NCBI GenBank assembly: GCA_002269645.1
Contig: NIVC01000666.1
Coordinates: forward strand, 124,001-188,000
Length of the DNA stretch: 64,000 bases
Source of the DNA: Macrostomum lignano
Taxonomy: Eukaryota
Direction: 5' to 3'
Part shown: piece after piece, positions 12,029 to 24,630 of the stretch
Numbering within the stretch: the first letter of the stretch is position 1
Layout of the letters: every line of letters starts with the position of its first letter
Notes under the pieces: model-generated
What the model was told of the DNA's origin: nothing
What the model saw: only the letters and a program-made list of their open reading frames with translations
Databases searched by the model: none
Position numbers and translations under genes: made by a program

Positions 12029-13269
12029 GTGAGCTAGCTATAGGCAACTGCATAGACCTATTCGCGTCTCGCATGATACCATGTCGGATTCAAAATGTTT
12101 TGCAATGCTTGACTCACTCTGGAGGAATAAATATTTCAGCCTCAGAAAGTCGATAGCAGAGGGTCATTCAGATGCAGCGAAGTTTCGCACGGGAGTTTCA
12201 CCAAACCAAGCCCCGGCAATCGGGAAATCCAGTCGATGCATGTCAAATGCAAATAAAATTTGAAATTCTGCCACTCTCCCGCTCAGCCTCTCGCTTTCTC
12301 TCGGCTCACCTCTCTCTTACTCGAGTGTTTTTCTGCCCAGCCTCCGCAGGATTTCATTATATATGTATGTATATATATATTTCCCAGACCGCTCGGCAAG
12401 TTGAGTATTTGGAGACTACCGATCAATTCCCTCTTCTCGCTTTCTCTCTCTGGGATTGAACTGCTGTTGGAGCAGGGTGCTGCTGCTGGTCAGCTCAACA
12501 CAATGGGGCTCAGCAAACAGTCTGGAAGCTGAAGCCTGGGAGAATCCACTCCGCGCGCACAAAAGCCATTTCTTATTTCTTTGAACTGGCCTTTGTATTT
12601 CTGAGACTCAGCAGCTCCCGTGCCACTTGATTTCACTGCCCGCTTTCACCCGCCTATTCTGAAAAGCTGAATTTAAAACGCCGAGTTAATGAGGGAGTGA
12701 GGCGGCCGGGCCGGAGCTGGGCTTGATGAAATGGCTATTCTTATACTTGAATGCCACTCCCTCCTGCCATTTCCGTGTTTTAACCCGTGCAGCATCAAAC
12801 TCTTCTCCATCAAGCTGCTGCCCACCACCACCTGTGAAGGTGAAAAAACACAAATAACTTTCTTTGCATCGTTCAACTCTCTCTCTCGCTCTCTCTCTCG
12901 CTCTTAATTTACTTCTTTCGCGGAGTGACTGACTGGGCCTGAAATTTCTTGAGTTGAAGAGAAACTGTGACAGCTACAGGAGAACAATTTTCAGCTCCAC
13001 TCCCCTAATTGGGAGCACTGGGTTGGGACAGAAAAAAATGCCTGCATTGCACAGGACAAACTTCTTTAATTTTTGTCTCATTACAGACTGACAATTCCAC
13101 TAAGGGGGGACTCATGACTTCTTTTGTTGAAAGATTTCTCCTAGCAGCAAGTCTACTGAGGCAAATTAAAACACTGAATACCCGATGAGGCAGTGCGAAG
13201 GGCCCGCAGCTGCGTTGAGGACCGCAATTTCACAAACTGGAGTGCTTGAAACTTTTAGGCGATGCCTCT

Positions 13270-13620
13270 CAAGAGGTGAGTCAGGATTGACTCAAGAGGT
13301 GGGTCAGGATTGACTCAAGAGGTGAGTCAGGATTGACTCAAGAGGTGGGTCAGGATTGACTCAAGAGGTGGGTCAGGATTGACTCAAGAGGTGAGTCAGG
13401 ATTGACTCAAGAGGTGGGTCAGGATTGACTCAAGAGGTGGGTCAGGATTGACTCAAGATGTGGGTCAGGATTGACTCAAGATGTGGGTCAGGATTGACTC
13501 AAGATGTGGGTCAGGATTGACTCAAGAGGTGGGTCAGGATTGACTCAAGAGGTGGGTCAGGATTGACTCAAGAGGTGGGTCAGGATTGACTCAAGAGGTG
13601 GGTCTGGACTGACTCAAGAG
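13270..13620. repeat. 23-bp minisatellite (GGTCAGGATTGACTCAAGAGGTG)n
   Basis: 15 units, ending ~48 nt before the dach exon 3 acceptor. Confidence 0.97.
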
Positions 13621-13668
13621 TGCCACACGAATTGGGAACTGACCGCTAATTCCATTTTCCCACCGCAG

Positions 13669-14116
13669 TGAGCGCCCTGGACAAGAAGCTGTTCCCGCCG
13701 CCTCCGGTGGGCTTTAGTGCCGCCGGGCCAGGGGGATATTATCCCGCCTACCCGCCACACCTCAGCATGTTCCCAGCTCTGTTCTCACCGTTCGCTCATC
13801 ATCATCACCACGGCCCGCCCGCGCCGCACCCGCCGCCGCCTCCGCCACCTCCGCCGCCGCCGCCTCCGCCGCCGCCTCCGCCGTCAGCGCCGCCACGTCA
13901 GGAGAGCGCCGCCGCAGCCGCTGCCGCCAGCCACCTGGCCGGCGCCCTGGCCTGCCTGTTCGCGCCGTCGGCCACCTCGTCTGCGGCGAATTCGGCGAGT
14001 CTGGCGAGCATGGCGGTCACCTCGGCGGCGGCCGCGGCTGCCGAACTGCCGCCAATCGGGCTGAGCGGGGCGGTGCCGCGGCTTCGGCAAACTGAGCACT
14101 CGGAGGAAGCTTTCGA
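13669..14116 (+). CDS. dac: Dachshund exon 3 (His/Pro/Ala-rich linker)
   Basis: Acceptor ttttcccaccgcag, phase 1 compatible with exon 2. GC-rich coding-like sequence (YYPAYPPHL, HHHHH, polyP, polyA). Donor GA|GTGAGT at 14117. Confidence 0.85.
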
Positions 14117-14129
14117 GTGAGTGGCGACG

Positions 14130-14430
14130 AGATTTGACCCCTCCTAGATTTGACCCCTCCTAGATTTGACCCCTCCTAGATTTGACCCCTCCTAGATTTG
14201 ACCCCTCCTAGATTTGACCCCTCCTAGATTTGACCCCTCCTAGATTTGACCCCTCCTAGATTTGACCCCTCCTAGATTTGACCCCTCCTAGATTTGACCC
14301 CTCCTAGATTTGACCCCTCCTAGATTTGACCCCTCCTAGATTTGACCCCTCCTAGATTTGACCCCTCCTAGATTTGACCCCAGAGATTTGACCCTTCAGA
14401 GATTTGACCCCCCCATCATAAATTTGACCC
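14130..14430. repeat. 16-bp minisatellite (AGATTTGACCCCTCCT)n
   Basis: About 17 units starting ~14 nt after the exon 3 donor. Confidence 0.96.
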
Positions 14431-14777
14431 CCTCCTCCTGAGGGGGAATTGCCCCCCCCCCGAGGATTGTCCCTCAGAGAGAATCAATTAGCAAGCTGGC
14501 TGAGTTCCCACAATTGGGATTGCTGAGCCCTCCAGCTCGCCCCAACCGAGATAAATTTCAGTGAACTTTCTCAAATCTCCAGTAGAAGCGCAGCGGAAAA
14601 ATATTTGATAAAGCCGGCTCTAGAAAGACGGGGGGAATTTAATCCCCGCCTTTTTGGGCACCCGGAATTTTTGGGAATCTTATTTTGAATGGGGATCTCG
14701 CGATGCAAGTCTCAATGTTTGCATTGTTTCAGAAGGCTTGGCACTCTCTCTCTCTCTTCCCCCCTCTGCTCCCGCAG

Positions 14778-14821
14778 GTCCGAGCGCTGCTCACCGGACG
14801 GCGGGCCAACGGAGGACAACT
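14778..14821 (+). CDS. dac: Dachshund exon 4 (small)
   Basis: Long pyrimidine tract plus cccgcag. Phase 2 in, phase 1 out (T|GTGAGT). Encodes (E)SERCSPDGGPTEDN. Confidence 0.7.
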
Positions 14822-15468
14822 GTGAGTCCTCGACGGTGCCAGCCGCCCTGACAACTTCTGTCCCGACTCGCTACCCCTCCTCTCTTCTAGTGTTTGGAGT
14901 GGGTCCACCGGATCAACAAAGGAATGCTTGGATGAGGTGTCTGGCCAGGCCTTGGAGGCCAGACCGAGAGTCTGGAGTCACAGTTGGGGGGGAAAGAGTT
15001 ACGACTCCAGGCTCTTAGCTCTGGGCCTCCTTGGCCAGATCAACAAAAGATTGTGTGAATGTGTTTGGTGGATGGGGGTGGCGGCTGAGCACTGAGCATG
15101 AGCTCAAGGCGCGGGTCCCTCGTTGCCACTCATTTCCGCCAGTTCCGCCTCTCCTGCCCCTCACCCTCTCTCCCTCTCCCGCTACTCCTCTAGTCACGGA
15201 TTCAAACTGCGATTTTCTTTTGTGAATGAAGTTTTATTTTCTGTTTCTCAATTGCTCAACTCAGTCTCCTCAGCCCCCGGAGTCGCATTGTCGATTCAGA
15301 GGTGAAGCTGAAGGGGAAGTCGGGGGACTCCTGCATCCGGGACCCGTTTGGAGTGTGTTTGCCCGCCAGCTCACCATCACCGCACCCTCGTCTCCCCCCC
15401 GCTAAATGCGTTTGATTCAGCCACAACCTCCGCGACCCGCCACCCCCGCCACTCTTCTTCATCAGCAG

Positions 15469-15558
15469 GCGAAGGCCGTCGGGACCCAGCAGAGCATGAG
15501 CAGCTCGATGAGGCCGAGCCAGCAGCCGGGGAAGACGGACTCGAGAAGTGTTCGCTCG
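15469..15558 (+). CDS. dac: Dachshund exon 5 (acidic)
   Basis: Acceptor ctcttcttcatcagcag (NAGNAG; both AGs keep frame). Encodes (C)EGRRDPAEHEQLDEAEPAAGEDGLEKCSL. Donor G|GTGAGA; phases consistent. Confidence 0.7.
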
Positions 15559-16629
15559 GTGAGACAGAAAAGCATCGCAATGCCCCCCCCCCCGCCTGAG
15601 ATGCAGCTTCCTCAATCCACTCCAGATTTGAAAACATTTGAGCAAACTATAATGCTTTGAGTGACTTATTCAATAGCTTGGCTCCCCAGCAGCCCCCGGG
15701 GATCTGCTCAGAGCAAGGCGGATTTCAAGAGATTTGCCTCACGCAGGCCAAATCAAAACTTCTCCTCTTCTCCAATGAGAACTGCTGTTCTTTTCATTTC
15801 TTTTCCTCCCGTTCTCCCGCGCCCCTCCTTGAAGCCGGAAGTGCATTTGATGTTCCGATTCTAAAAAATAGAAGAAGCAATTCTGTGCAACCCCGAAACT
15901 GCTCAGTGCTGCTCAATATTCCCCCCCTCTCCAAGTCCAGTCAGGCAGGCAGCTTCCCACTGATTCCCCGATCCTCAAATCATTTCTGAGCAACTTCTTC
16001 TGCTCCGTGTCTTTCCAAGTTTTTTTCTTTCAGGAGCTCTTTCCTGATTTCCTGATTTTTGTGGCTGCCCCATCTGGTGCGGCAGACATTGTGCTTGATT
16101 GGCTTTTTATTGCAACTCCCCAGCCTGTCTTGTCTATCTGGGATCGCGTCCGGTTTCTGAGCTGGCTTGTAGATAACGGACAGGCGCGGAATAATGCTTT
16201 ATTATTAATATCGATACATATCGGCATAGTCTGCTGAGAAGTGAAATTGAATTTGCCTAGATAATATTTAATCGATTTTAAAAATGGTTCTAAGAAACTA
16301 TTTCTAAGACAATTTCTAGGAAAACATATTCTAAGGGCTCAAGTTTAAAATCGAACGTCGCTTTCTAAGAAACAGCAACAATTTCCAGGAAAAAATCTTC
16401 AACCACAGAAAAAGGAACCTTTCCAAGAAATGAAGGGCATTTTAACAAATACAGCACCACCAAGGCTGAACGTTCAAAGTCTCCAAGGTCGCTTAAATTT
16501 TCAAGCTACTTTCTGAGAAATAGTGATGCTCAATATTGGATGGGATTTTCTAAGAAAGAAAATATAGGCGCCATTCTACTTGATCCAATGTGCGATTTGC
16601 TTAGAAAGAAATTCAGTTTTGTCTGAATA

Positions 16630-16849
16630 AAAGTGCCATTATCCAGACAAGAAGTGCCATTATCCCGACAAGAAGTGCCATTATCCTGACAAGAAGTGCC
16701 ATTATCCCGACAAGAAGTGCCATTATCCTGACAAGAAGTGCCATTATCTTGACAAGAAGTGCCATTATCTTGACAAGAAGTGCCATTATCTTGACAAGAA
16801 GTGCCATTATTCTGACAAAAAGTGCCATTATCCTGACAAGAAGTGCCAT
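16630..16849. repeat. 21-bp minisatellite (AGAAGTGCCATTATCCTGACA)n
   Basis: About 10 units ending ~20 nt before the exon 6 acceptor. Confidence 0.95.
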
Positions 16850-16869
16850 TGCCCCCTAACACCCCGCAG

Positions 16870-17166
16870 TCCGCCGCCAGAGCACGTTCCTCGGCATCGA
16901 GCAGCAGGACGCTGACAATCTCGAGGACGACAACGAGGCCTCTCGCGACGACAACGCCGTCGAGGACGTCGGCGAAGAAGCTTCGGCTGCGTCTTCGGCG
17001 GCCGCGGTTACTGCCGCCGCTGCCGCCGCTGCCGCCGACGCTGGCCGAGGAGGCGCCGAGCCATGGCTGCACGGCCTGCAGCTGTGCCTGGCCAACATCG
17101 AGGCCATGCTGGCGGCCACCGCCGACAAGGCTCGGGCTCTGGACCGGCACTACAGGGATGAGAAAG
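16870..17166 (+). CDS. dac: Dachshund exon 6 (start of DachBox-C)
   Basis: Frame not shown in the ORF track. Translates (V)RRQSTFLGIEQQDADNLEDD...WLHGLQLCLANIEAMLAATADKARALDRHYRDEK, aligning to Dach DD2 (LLTNIQGLLKVAIDNARAQEKQVQLEK). Acceptor cccgcag; donor G|GTGAGT. Confidence 0.88.
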
Positions 17167-17202
17167 GTGAGTAGAGGAGCGGGGGGCTCGTGAATTCTTG
17201 GT

Positions 17203-17556
17203 GGGAGAATTCTAAATATGATACATCTAAATCAGATAATTTTAGATAGGAGAATTCTAGATGGGAGAATTCTAGATGGGAGAATTCTAAATGGGAGAAT
17301 TTTAGATGGGAGAATCCTAGATGGGAGAATCCTAGATGGGAGAATCCTAGATGAGAGAGTTCTAGATAGGAGAATTCTAAATGGGATAAATCTACATGAG
17401 ATAATTTTAGATGGGATAGTTCTAGATGGGAGAATTCTAGATGGGAGAATTCTAGATGGGAGAGTTCTAGATGGGAGAATTCTAGATGGGAGAATTCTAG
17501 ATGGGGGAATTCTAGATGGGGAATTCTAAATGGAAGAATTCTAAATGGGAGAATTC
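17203..17556. repeat. 15-bp minisatellite (GGGAGAATTCTAGAT)n
   Basis: Starts ~35 nt after the exon 6 donor. Confidence 0.93.
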
Positions 17557-18721
17557 AGGGAAGCGAGAAAATGTCTGGGGAGAAACTCCAAAGGGGAGAG
17601 CAGGCGTTAATACATCTATCAAAGGCAAGATAGTGATGGCTGATTCAGCCCTAATTAAAACTTCTCTCATGTTCTCGGGGTCGCCCGGAGACTCCAGAGA
17701 AGGAAGACAGACAGAAATGCTATTATAGAAGTCAAAGCAGACCGGAGCAAAATGAGAAGTGACAATCATTTCCCGCTGCGTAGCGGAGCATTAGCCCAGG
17801 CAAAAGAAAAGAAACAGCTAAAAGGATGTGACCAGCTATTATTATTCGGCAAGGCGGCTCCGAGGCGTGAGATGTGATTTGGCAAAAATGCCGCACAAGG
17901 ATCCCCCAAAATCTCAGGAGCCTGGCAGAGCAAAATGTCTTGCCAAAACGAATCTGGGAGCGGAGGCGCTGACGCGGGATGCGATGGGAGAGGCTGGGGG
18001 AGAATCTGAAAAATGGCGGTCTCCAAGGCTGAAAGACCCCAGCAGCGATGTGATTAATGATTCCCCAGCCGGCCACCTAGATCTGCCGCGAGCCAAATTC
18101 AACAACAACAGCAGCAGCACCCAGATGTGGAAATGAGCCGGGGAGCTGGCAGATTCCGCAACTTGGCACCCCCGTGAGTCGATGCCCCCCTCCCAGCAGT
18201 AATGAGATAAGCAGATGATGGGCCCGGGACTCACTTGGGCACCGGGCATTGATTTCTCTGCTGTCCGCTCCGCTGCCTGCCTTCCTGCGGCCGCCGGGGC
18301 GGAGATGAATATGTAATAAACATGATTTCGACGTTCCAGCATTAAAGTCGAAAGCTTTGCTCTGTGCGGTGGGGTCCCAGCGATTAACGCAGGGAGAAGT
18401 CAGCCATGGGGAGTGATTGAATTATGATCAGTGAGCGGCGACTGTGTCGGGCCCGTCATCTCCAGCTTCACTGGCCCCATCTCTATTGCTCTCATATTGA
18501 TTGTCCCTCAGGCGACAAGGCGGAGTCTGTAAGGCACAAATTTCTCGGCACAGATTCGGTTTTTGGGCGGAGCAGCTTCTTCAAGATAATTGGAACATTT
18601 TCCAACCGACTTGATCAGAACTTATGGGGATTTCTGGTCCGGCTCTGGGACTCTGGTGGTCATCTTATTGCTTATTTATGAGCGAATTGTTTTCCAAAAG
18701 TTGGTTAGCGAAATTGGCTGG

Positions 18722-19290
18722 CAAGAGGAGAGATGGGAGGGAAGAGGAGAGATGTGAGGGAAGAGGAGAGATGTGAGGGAAGAGGAGAGATGTGAGGGAA
18801 GAGGAGAGATGTGAGGGAAGAGGAGAGATGTGAGGGAAGAGGAGAGTTGGGATGAAAGGGGAGAGATGAGAGATGAGAGAGAAGATGAGAGATGGGAGGG
18901 AAGAGGAGAGATGTGAGGGAAGAGGAGAGATGTGAGGGAAGAGGAGAGATGTGAGGGAAGAGGAGAGATGTGAGGGAAGAGGAGAGATGTGAGGGAAGAG
19001 GAGAGATGTGAGGGAAGAGGAGAGATGTGAGGGAAGAGGAGAGATGTGAGGGAAGAGGAGAGATGTGAGGGAAGAGGAGAGTTGGGAGGAAAGGGGAGAG
19101 ATGAGAGATGAGAGAGAAGATGAGAGATGGGAGGGAAGAGGAGAGATGGGAGGGAAGGGGAGAGATGAGAGAGAAGAGGAGAGGGGAGGGAAGAGGAGAG
19201 ATGTGAGGGAAGAGGAGAGATGGGAGGGAAAGGGGAGAAATGAGAAAGGAATGGGGGGAGATGGGAGGGAAGGGGAGAGAAGGAAGAGTC
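18722..19290. repeat. 19-bp purine-rich minisatellite (GGGAAGAGGAGAGATGTGA)n
   Basis: Direct inspection. Confidence 0.94.
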
Positions 19291-19867
19291 TGAGGTCAAT
19301 CCCAGCAGTTCCAAAAAGCAAACAAACAAAGCAAGCTCACTAAGAAAGCAGCGGCGGCCCAGTTTAAAAATGCAATTCTTCATACTGCCCAGCCAGTCAG
19401 ACACGTCAATTCACAATTTCTGTTATCTACAAATGAAAGTCAGGCATTCAGAGGGGCGGAGAGAAAGATGGAGCTAAGCCAAAGAATCTGGGCTATCAAA
19501 AAATTTAAGATAACAAAAATAAAGTGGGGAGACCCACAGAGAACGATAGAGACAGAGGGCCAGAGAGACAGAGTGGCTCTGAGGCGCGCAGCAAAACTGT
19601 GACAGCACAAGAAGAATGACTTCTGATGTTGGCGATTCCGGGCTCGAGTCCGAAATGCTGATTGCGAAGAGTTCGGGTGGTGGGGGAGTAATGGGAACTG
19701 GGATGTAGCGGATTTGGATAGGCGCTAAATCACTTGGGTTTCTGCTGCTTTATGCGCACTGCAATGCCATCTTTGTCCGTTTGAGGCAATTATTCCGAGC
19801 TCCAATCCCCCCCCCCCCCGAGGTGACAGATGGGAGTTCGGAGACTGCTGTAATGATAAATGTAATG

Positions 19868-21689
19868 ATTATCAAGCATTGAGTATCAAGCATTGAGTAT
19901 CAAGCACTGAGTATCAAGCACTGAGTATCAAGCACTGAGTATCAAGCACTGAGTATCAAGCATTGAATATCAAGTGAATTGAGTATCAAGCATTGAATAT
20001 CAAGTGAATTGAGTATCAAGCATTGAATATCAAGTGAATTGAGTATCAAGCATTGAGTATCAAGCATTGAATATCAAGCATTGAGTATCAAGCATTGAGT
20101 ATCAAGCATTGAGTATCAAGCATTGAGTATCAAGCATTGAATATCAAGTGAATTGAGTATCAAGCATTGAGTATCAAGCATTGAGTATCAAGCATTGAGT
20201 ATCAAGCATTGAGTATCAAGCACTGAGTATCAAGCACTGTGTATCAAGCATTGAATATCAAGTGAATTGAGTATCAAGCACTGAGTATCAAGAATTGAGT
20301 ATCAAGCATTGAATATCAAGTGAATTGAGTATCAAGCATTGAATATCAAGTGAATTGAGTATCAAGCACTGAGTATCAAGAATTGAGTATCAAGCATTGA
20401 ATATCAAGTGAATTGAGTATCAAGCATTGAATATCAAGTGAATTGAGTATCAAGCATTGAATATCAAGTGAATCGAGTATCAAGCATTGAATATCAAGTG
20501 AATTGAGTATCAAGCATTGAGTATCAAGCACTGAGTATCAAGCATTGAGTATCAAGCACTGAGTATCAAGAATTGAGTATCAAGCATTCAATATCAAGTG
20601 AATTGAGTATCAAGCATTGAATATCAAGTGAATTAAGTATCAAGCATTGAATATCAAGTGAATTGAGTATCAAGCATTGAATATCAAGTGAATTGAGTAT
20701 CAAGCATTGAATATCAAGTGAATTGAATATCAAGCATTGAGTATCAAGCCCTGAGTATCAAGCATTGAGTATCAAGCACTGAGTATCAAGAATTGAGTAT
20801 CAAGCATTGAATATCAAGTGAATTGAGTATCAAGCATTGAGTATCAAGCATTGAGTATCAAGCATTGAATATCAAGCATAGAATATCAAGCATTGAGTAT
20901 CAAGCATTGAATATCAAGTGAATTGAGTATCAGGCATTGAATATCAAGCATTGAGTATCAAGCATTGAGTATCAAGCATTGAGTATCAAGCATTGAGTAT
21001 CAAGCATTGAATATCAAGCATTGAATATCAAGCATTGAGTATCAAGCATTGAGTATCAAGCATTGAATATCAAGTGAATTGAGTATCAAGCATTGAATAT
21101 CAAGTGAATTGAGTATCAAGCATTGAGTATCAAGTGAATTGAGTATCAAGCATTGAGTATCAAGTGAATTGAGTATCAAGCATTGAGTATCAAGTGAATT
21201 GAGTATCAAGCATTGAATATCAAGTGAATTGAGTATCAAGCATTGAATATCAAGTGAATTGAGTATCAAGCATTGAATATCAAGTGAATTGAGTATCAAG
21301 CATTGAGTATCAAGTGAATTGAGTATCAAGCATTGAGTATCAAGTGAATTGAGTATCAAGCATTGAGTATCAAGTGAATTGAGTATCAAGCATTGAATAT
21401 CAAGTGAATTGAGTATCAAGCATTGAATATCAAGTGAATTGAGTATCAAGCATTGAGTATCAAGTGAATTGAGTATCAAGCATTGAGTATCAAGTGAATT
21501 GAGTATCAAGCATTGAGTATCAAGTGAATTGAGTATCAAGCATTGAATATCAAGTGAATTGAGTATCAAGCATTGAATATCAAGTGAATTGAGTATCAAG
21601 CATTGAGTATCAAGTGAATTGAGTATCAAGCATTGAGTATCAAGTGAATTGAGTATCAAGCATTGAGTATCAAGTGAATTGAGTATCAA
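19868..21689. repeat. Minisatellite of 14-bp (ATTGAGTATCAAGC) and 16-bp (ATTGAGTATCAAGTGA) units
   Basis: 1.8-kb array. The right third is a regular 30-bp dimer. Ends ~48 nt before the exon 7 acceptor. Confidence 0.97.
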
Positions 21690-21736
21690 TAATTTAAAAA
21701 GTTACCAACGCTTCACTGTCACAATTTCCATTCCAG

Positions 21737-21820
21737 CTGACTTTCAAGAGGCGATTCGAAACCAGGAGATGCGGCTCAACTCGCTGCTACAGGACCTCAC
21801 TAACGAGAGACAAAGACGAG
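21737..21820 (+). CDS. dac: Dachshund exon 7 (DachBox-C coiled coil)
   Basis: Acceptor ttccag. Encodes (A)DFQEAIRNQEMRLNSLLQDLTNERQRR. Donor G|GTGAGT at 21821. Confidence 0.85.
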
Positions 21821-21892
21821 GTGAGTTCAAGGATATGGAAAAAAAAGAATATTCTGGAAATAAATTAAGTTTAACCTGCTCACCCGCTTCAG

Positions 21893-22018
21893 TCATTGTC
21901 TACAAGAAGTGGCGCAAAGAGAAGAAAATTCGAGCAAAACTCGAAGAGCTCGTCAGCAGAGTTGGCGCCCCCGCAGATGGCGCTGAAGACCGAACTGGCT
22001 CGGGTGACGTGCCGCAGG
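21893..22018 (+). CDS. dac: Dachshund exon 8 (end of DachBox-C)
   Basis: (V)IVYKKWRKEKKIRAKLEEL aligns with Dach RAIVQKRLKKEKKAKRKLQEAL. Acceptor cttcag; donor G|GTGAGC. Confidence 0.85.
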
Positions 22019-22029
22019 GTGAGCAGCCT

Positions 22030-22493
22030 CACCGTCACCAATCACACCGTCACCAATCACACCGTCACCAATCACACCGTCACCAATCACACCGTCACCA
22101 ATCACACCGTCACCAATCACACCGTCACCAATCACACCGTCACCAATCCCACCGTCACCAATCCCACCGTCACCAATCACACCGTCACCAATCACACCGT
22201 CACCAATCACACCGTCACCAATCACACCGTCACCAATCATACCGTCACCAATCACACCGTCACCAATCACACCGTCACCAATCACACCGTCACCAATCAC
22301 ACCGTCACCAATCATACCGTCACCAATCACACCGTCACCAATCACACCGTCATCAATCACACCGTCACCAACTACACCGTCACCAATCACACCGTCACCA
22401 ATCACAGCGTCACCAATCACACCGTCACCAATCACACCGTCACCAATCACACCGTCATCAATCACACCGTCACCAATCACAGCGTCACCAATC
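22030..22493. repeat. 15-bp minisatellite (CACCGTCACCAATCA)n filling dach intron 8
   Basis: About 31 units occupying almost the whole 487-nt intron. Confidence 0.96.
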
Positions 22494-22505
22494 CTGTCAT
22501 TGCAG

Positions 22506-22561
22506 ATCTGTCAGTGGCCAAAGGTGCAGTATGCAGCCCAGTGAACGGCAGCGACGCCTGA
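22506..22561 (+). CDS. dac: Dachshund exon 9 (terminal, ...[18 protein letters not shown])
   Basis: Acceptor ctgtcattgcag, phase 1 compatible with exon 8. Stop TGA at 22559-22561; ATTAAA at ~22683. Confidence 0.65.
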
Positions 22562-23114
22562 TGGTTGACTTTGCGTGAATCGCGTGAATCGCGTGAACAT
22601 TTCTAAGAAATCTTCTGATGCAAACTGATATGACAGGATTGCTACTTTAGCATGTTTTCTGATCGATATATCTCAAACTTTATTAAAATTTACAACTTAT
22701 AAATTGCCCATAAATTTCTGTTGTCAAAGTTGTGCTGCTCCAAAAATATGAGTAAGTCTTTGTTACCCAAGTCTTGGAGTTTAGCCATGAACGAGTTTAA
22801 ACAAAAATTCACAAGCAACTTGATAGAAATTTTCTTTTAGGATGAAGCACCATTTCAAATATTTATTACTCGATTTTTCAACCTTGTCTTATGCAATTTT
22901 TGTCTTTTTTACACACCAATATTCTTTAATCACGCAGCTTTGTTGTCAAAACAGTTTGCATATCACTGATTAATTTCCTTAATCTATATTGCTTAATCTG
23001 ACTGACTTTTGTGAGCAATTTCTGTGTACATAACGGATTGAAGAATAATGATGGCGAATATCACGAGTCAAGTATGAGTTTTGTTTTGAGACATTTCAAT
23101 TATTGAGTAAGATC

Positions 23115-23390
23115 TGGGTGAGCGAGAGGAGGGGTGAGGGTGGAGGGCTGAGAGAGGAGGGGTGAGAGAGGAGGGGTGAGAGAGGAGGGGTGAGAGAGGA
23201 GGGCTGAGAGAGGAGGGGTGAGAGAGGAGGGCTGAGAGAGGAGGGGTGAGAGAGGAGGGGTGAGAGAGGAGGGGTGAGAGAGGAGGGGTGAGAGAGGAGG
23301 GGTGAGAGAGGAGGGGTGAGAGAGGAGGGCTGAGAGAGGAGGGGTGAGAGGGAGGGGTGAGAGAGGAGGGGTGGCGTTTGGGTTGAGAGG
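23115..23390. repeat. 15-bp purine-rich minisatellite (GAGAGAGGAGGGGT/GCT)n
   Basis: Direct inspection. Confidence 0.92.
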
Positions 23391-23447
23391 GTAGGGTGAG
23401 AGTGTAGTGAGACTGTGGAGATTAGATGATCAGAGTGGAACATTCAG

Positions 23448-23830
23448 ACTAATTAAAAAGTGATTGCGGGCAAACCTACCAAATCATAGGGCTGACAAAT
23501 TAAAAAAGTGATTGCGGGCAAACCTACCAAATCATGGGGCTGACAAATTAAAAAGTGATTGCGGGCAAACCTACCAAATCATGGGGCTGACAAATTAAAA
23601 AGTGATTGCGGGCAAACCTACCAAATCATGGGGCTGACAAATTAAAAAGTGATTGCGGGCAAACCTACCAAATCATGGGGCTGACAAATTAAAAAAGTGA
23701 TTGCGGGCAAAACTACCAAATCATGGGGCTGACAAATTAAAAAAGTGATTGCGGGCAAAACTACCAAATCATGGGGCTGACAAATTAAAAAAGTGATTGC
23801 GGGCAAAACTACCAAATCATGGGGCTGACA
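23448..23830. repeat. 47-48-bp minisatellite (AATTAAAAAAGTGATTGCGGGCAAACCTACCAAATCATGGGGCTGACA)n
   Basis: 8 contiguous units with no unique spacers. Confidence 0.96.
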
Positions 23831-24630
23831 GGGTAACCGGTGCGAGAATTGCCTGCGCTCTGCAATGCTTGCAGAAGACAGCTCCAGCAAGCGCAGGCCA
23901 GAAGCATGGCTCACGGGAATAAATTCTACAAATTCTACAAAAGCAAACTTCTAACTGCTTTCTATTTCCGGTCGTGATCGCAGATAATGAAGTTTAGCAG
24001 GCTGGTGGGTGAGCCCAGTTGCGGTATCTGCTTCCCTCTCTAGGGGACTGCTCAGGTTTCATGGCATGAGTGCTCCTGTCAGTCGTGTAGCCGCATAAAA
24101 ATGATAGGCAAAATTACACATATTTAATTGCCTTAATACCGCGCGCAGCCATTGTACTCGTAGGTAACGAGCCCGCTCGCTAACAATTCCGGAAGTTTTC
24201 TAGGAAATGATCCTCCGAGGGCTTCCGTGAGGCCTGCATTTTATTGCAGTGAGAGAATAAGATTTTATTGCACAGCAGGGGGTGTCCATCCAATTTTCAA
24301 TTGTTCCTGGAGCCTGTCAAAGACCTTTCTGATAAAAACTCGGTTCAGCTGTCCTTGATGTGGGGGGACGGCGGTTTATCTAAGGATTAATAGAAGGCAA
24401 TAAAGCGGGTGACTGGCACAAAAAACAGGATTGAATAGCCTCAGACATCCCGCCATTTTCACAATTACCCAATAATCCCCAAGCCAGGGACAGCTGGAGC
24501 ATAGATCTGGAAGCAGTCAGAGAACTCCGCAGGATAGTGAGAATGCTTCGATTGACTTCAAATGAAACTACGAAACTTTATTTAATAGCTATTTCATCTG
24601 CGAGTTTCTGTCAACTATCGTGAATATGAT

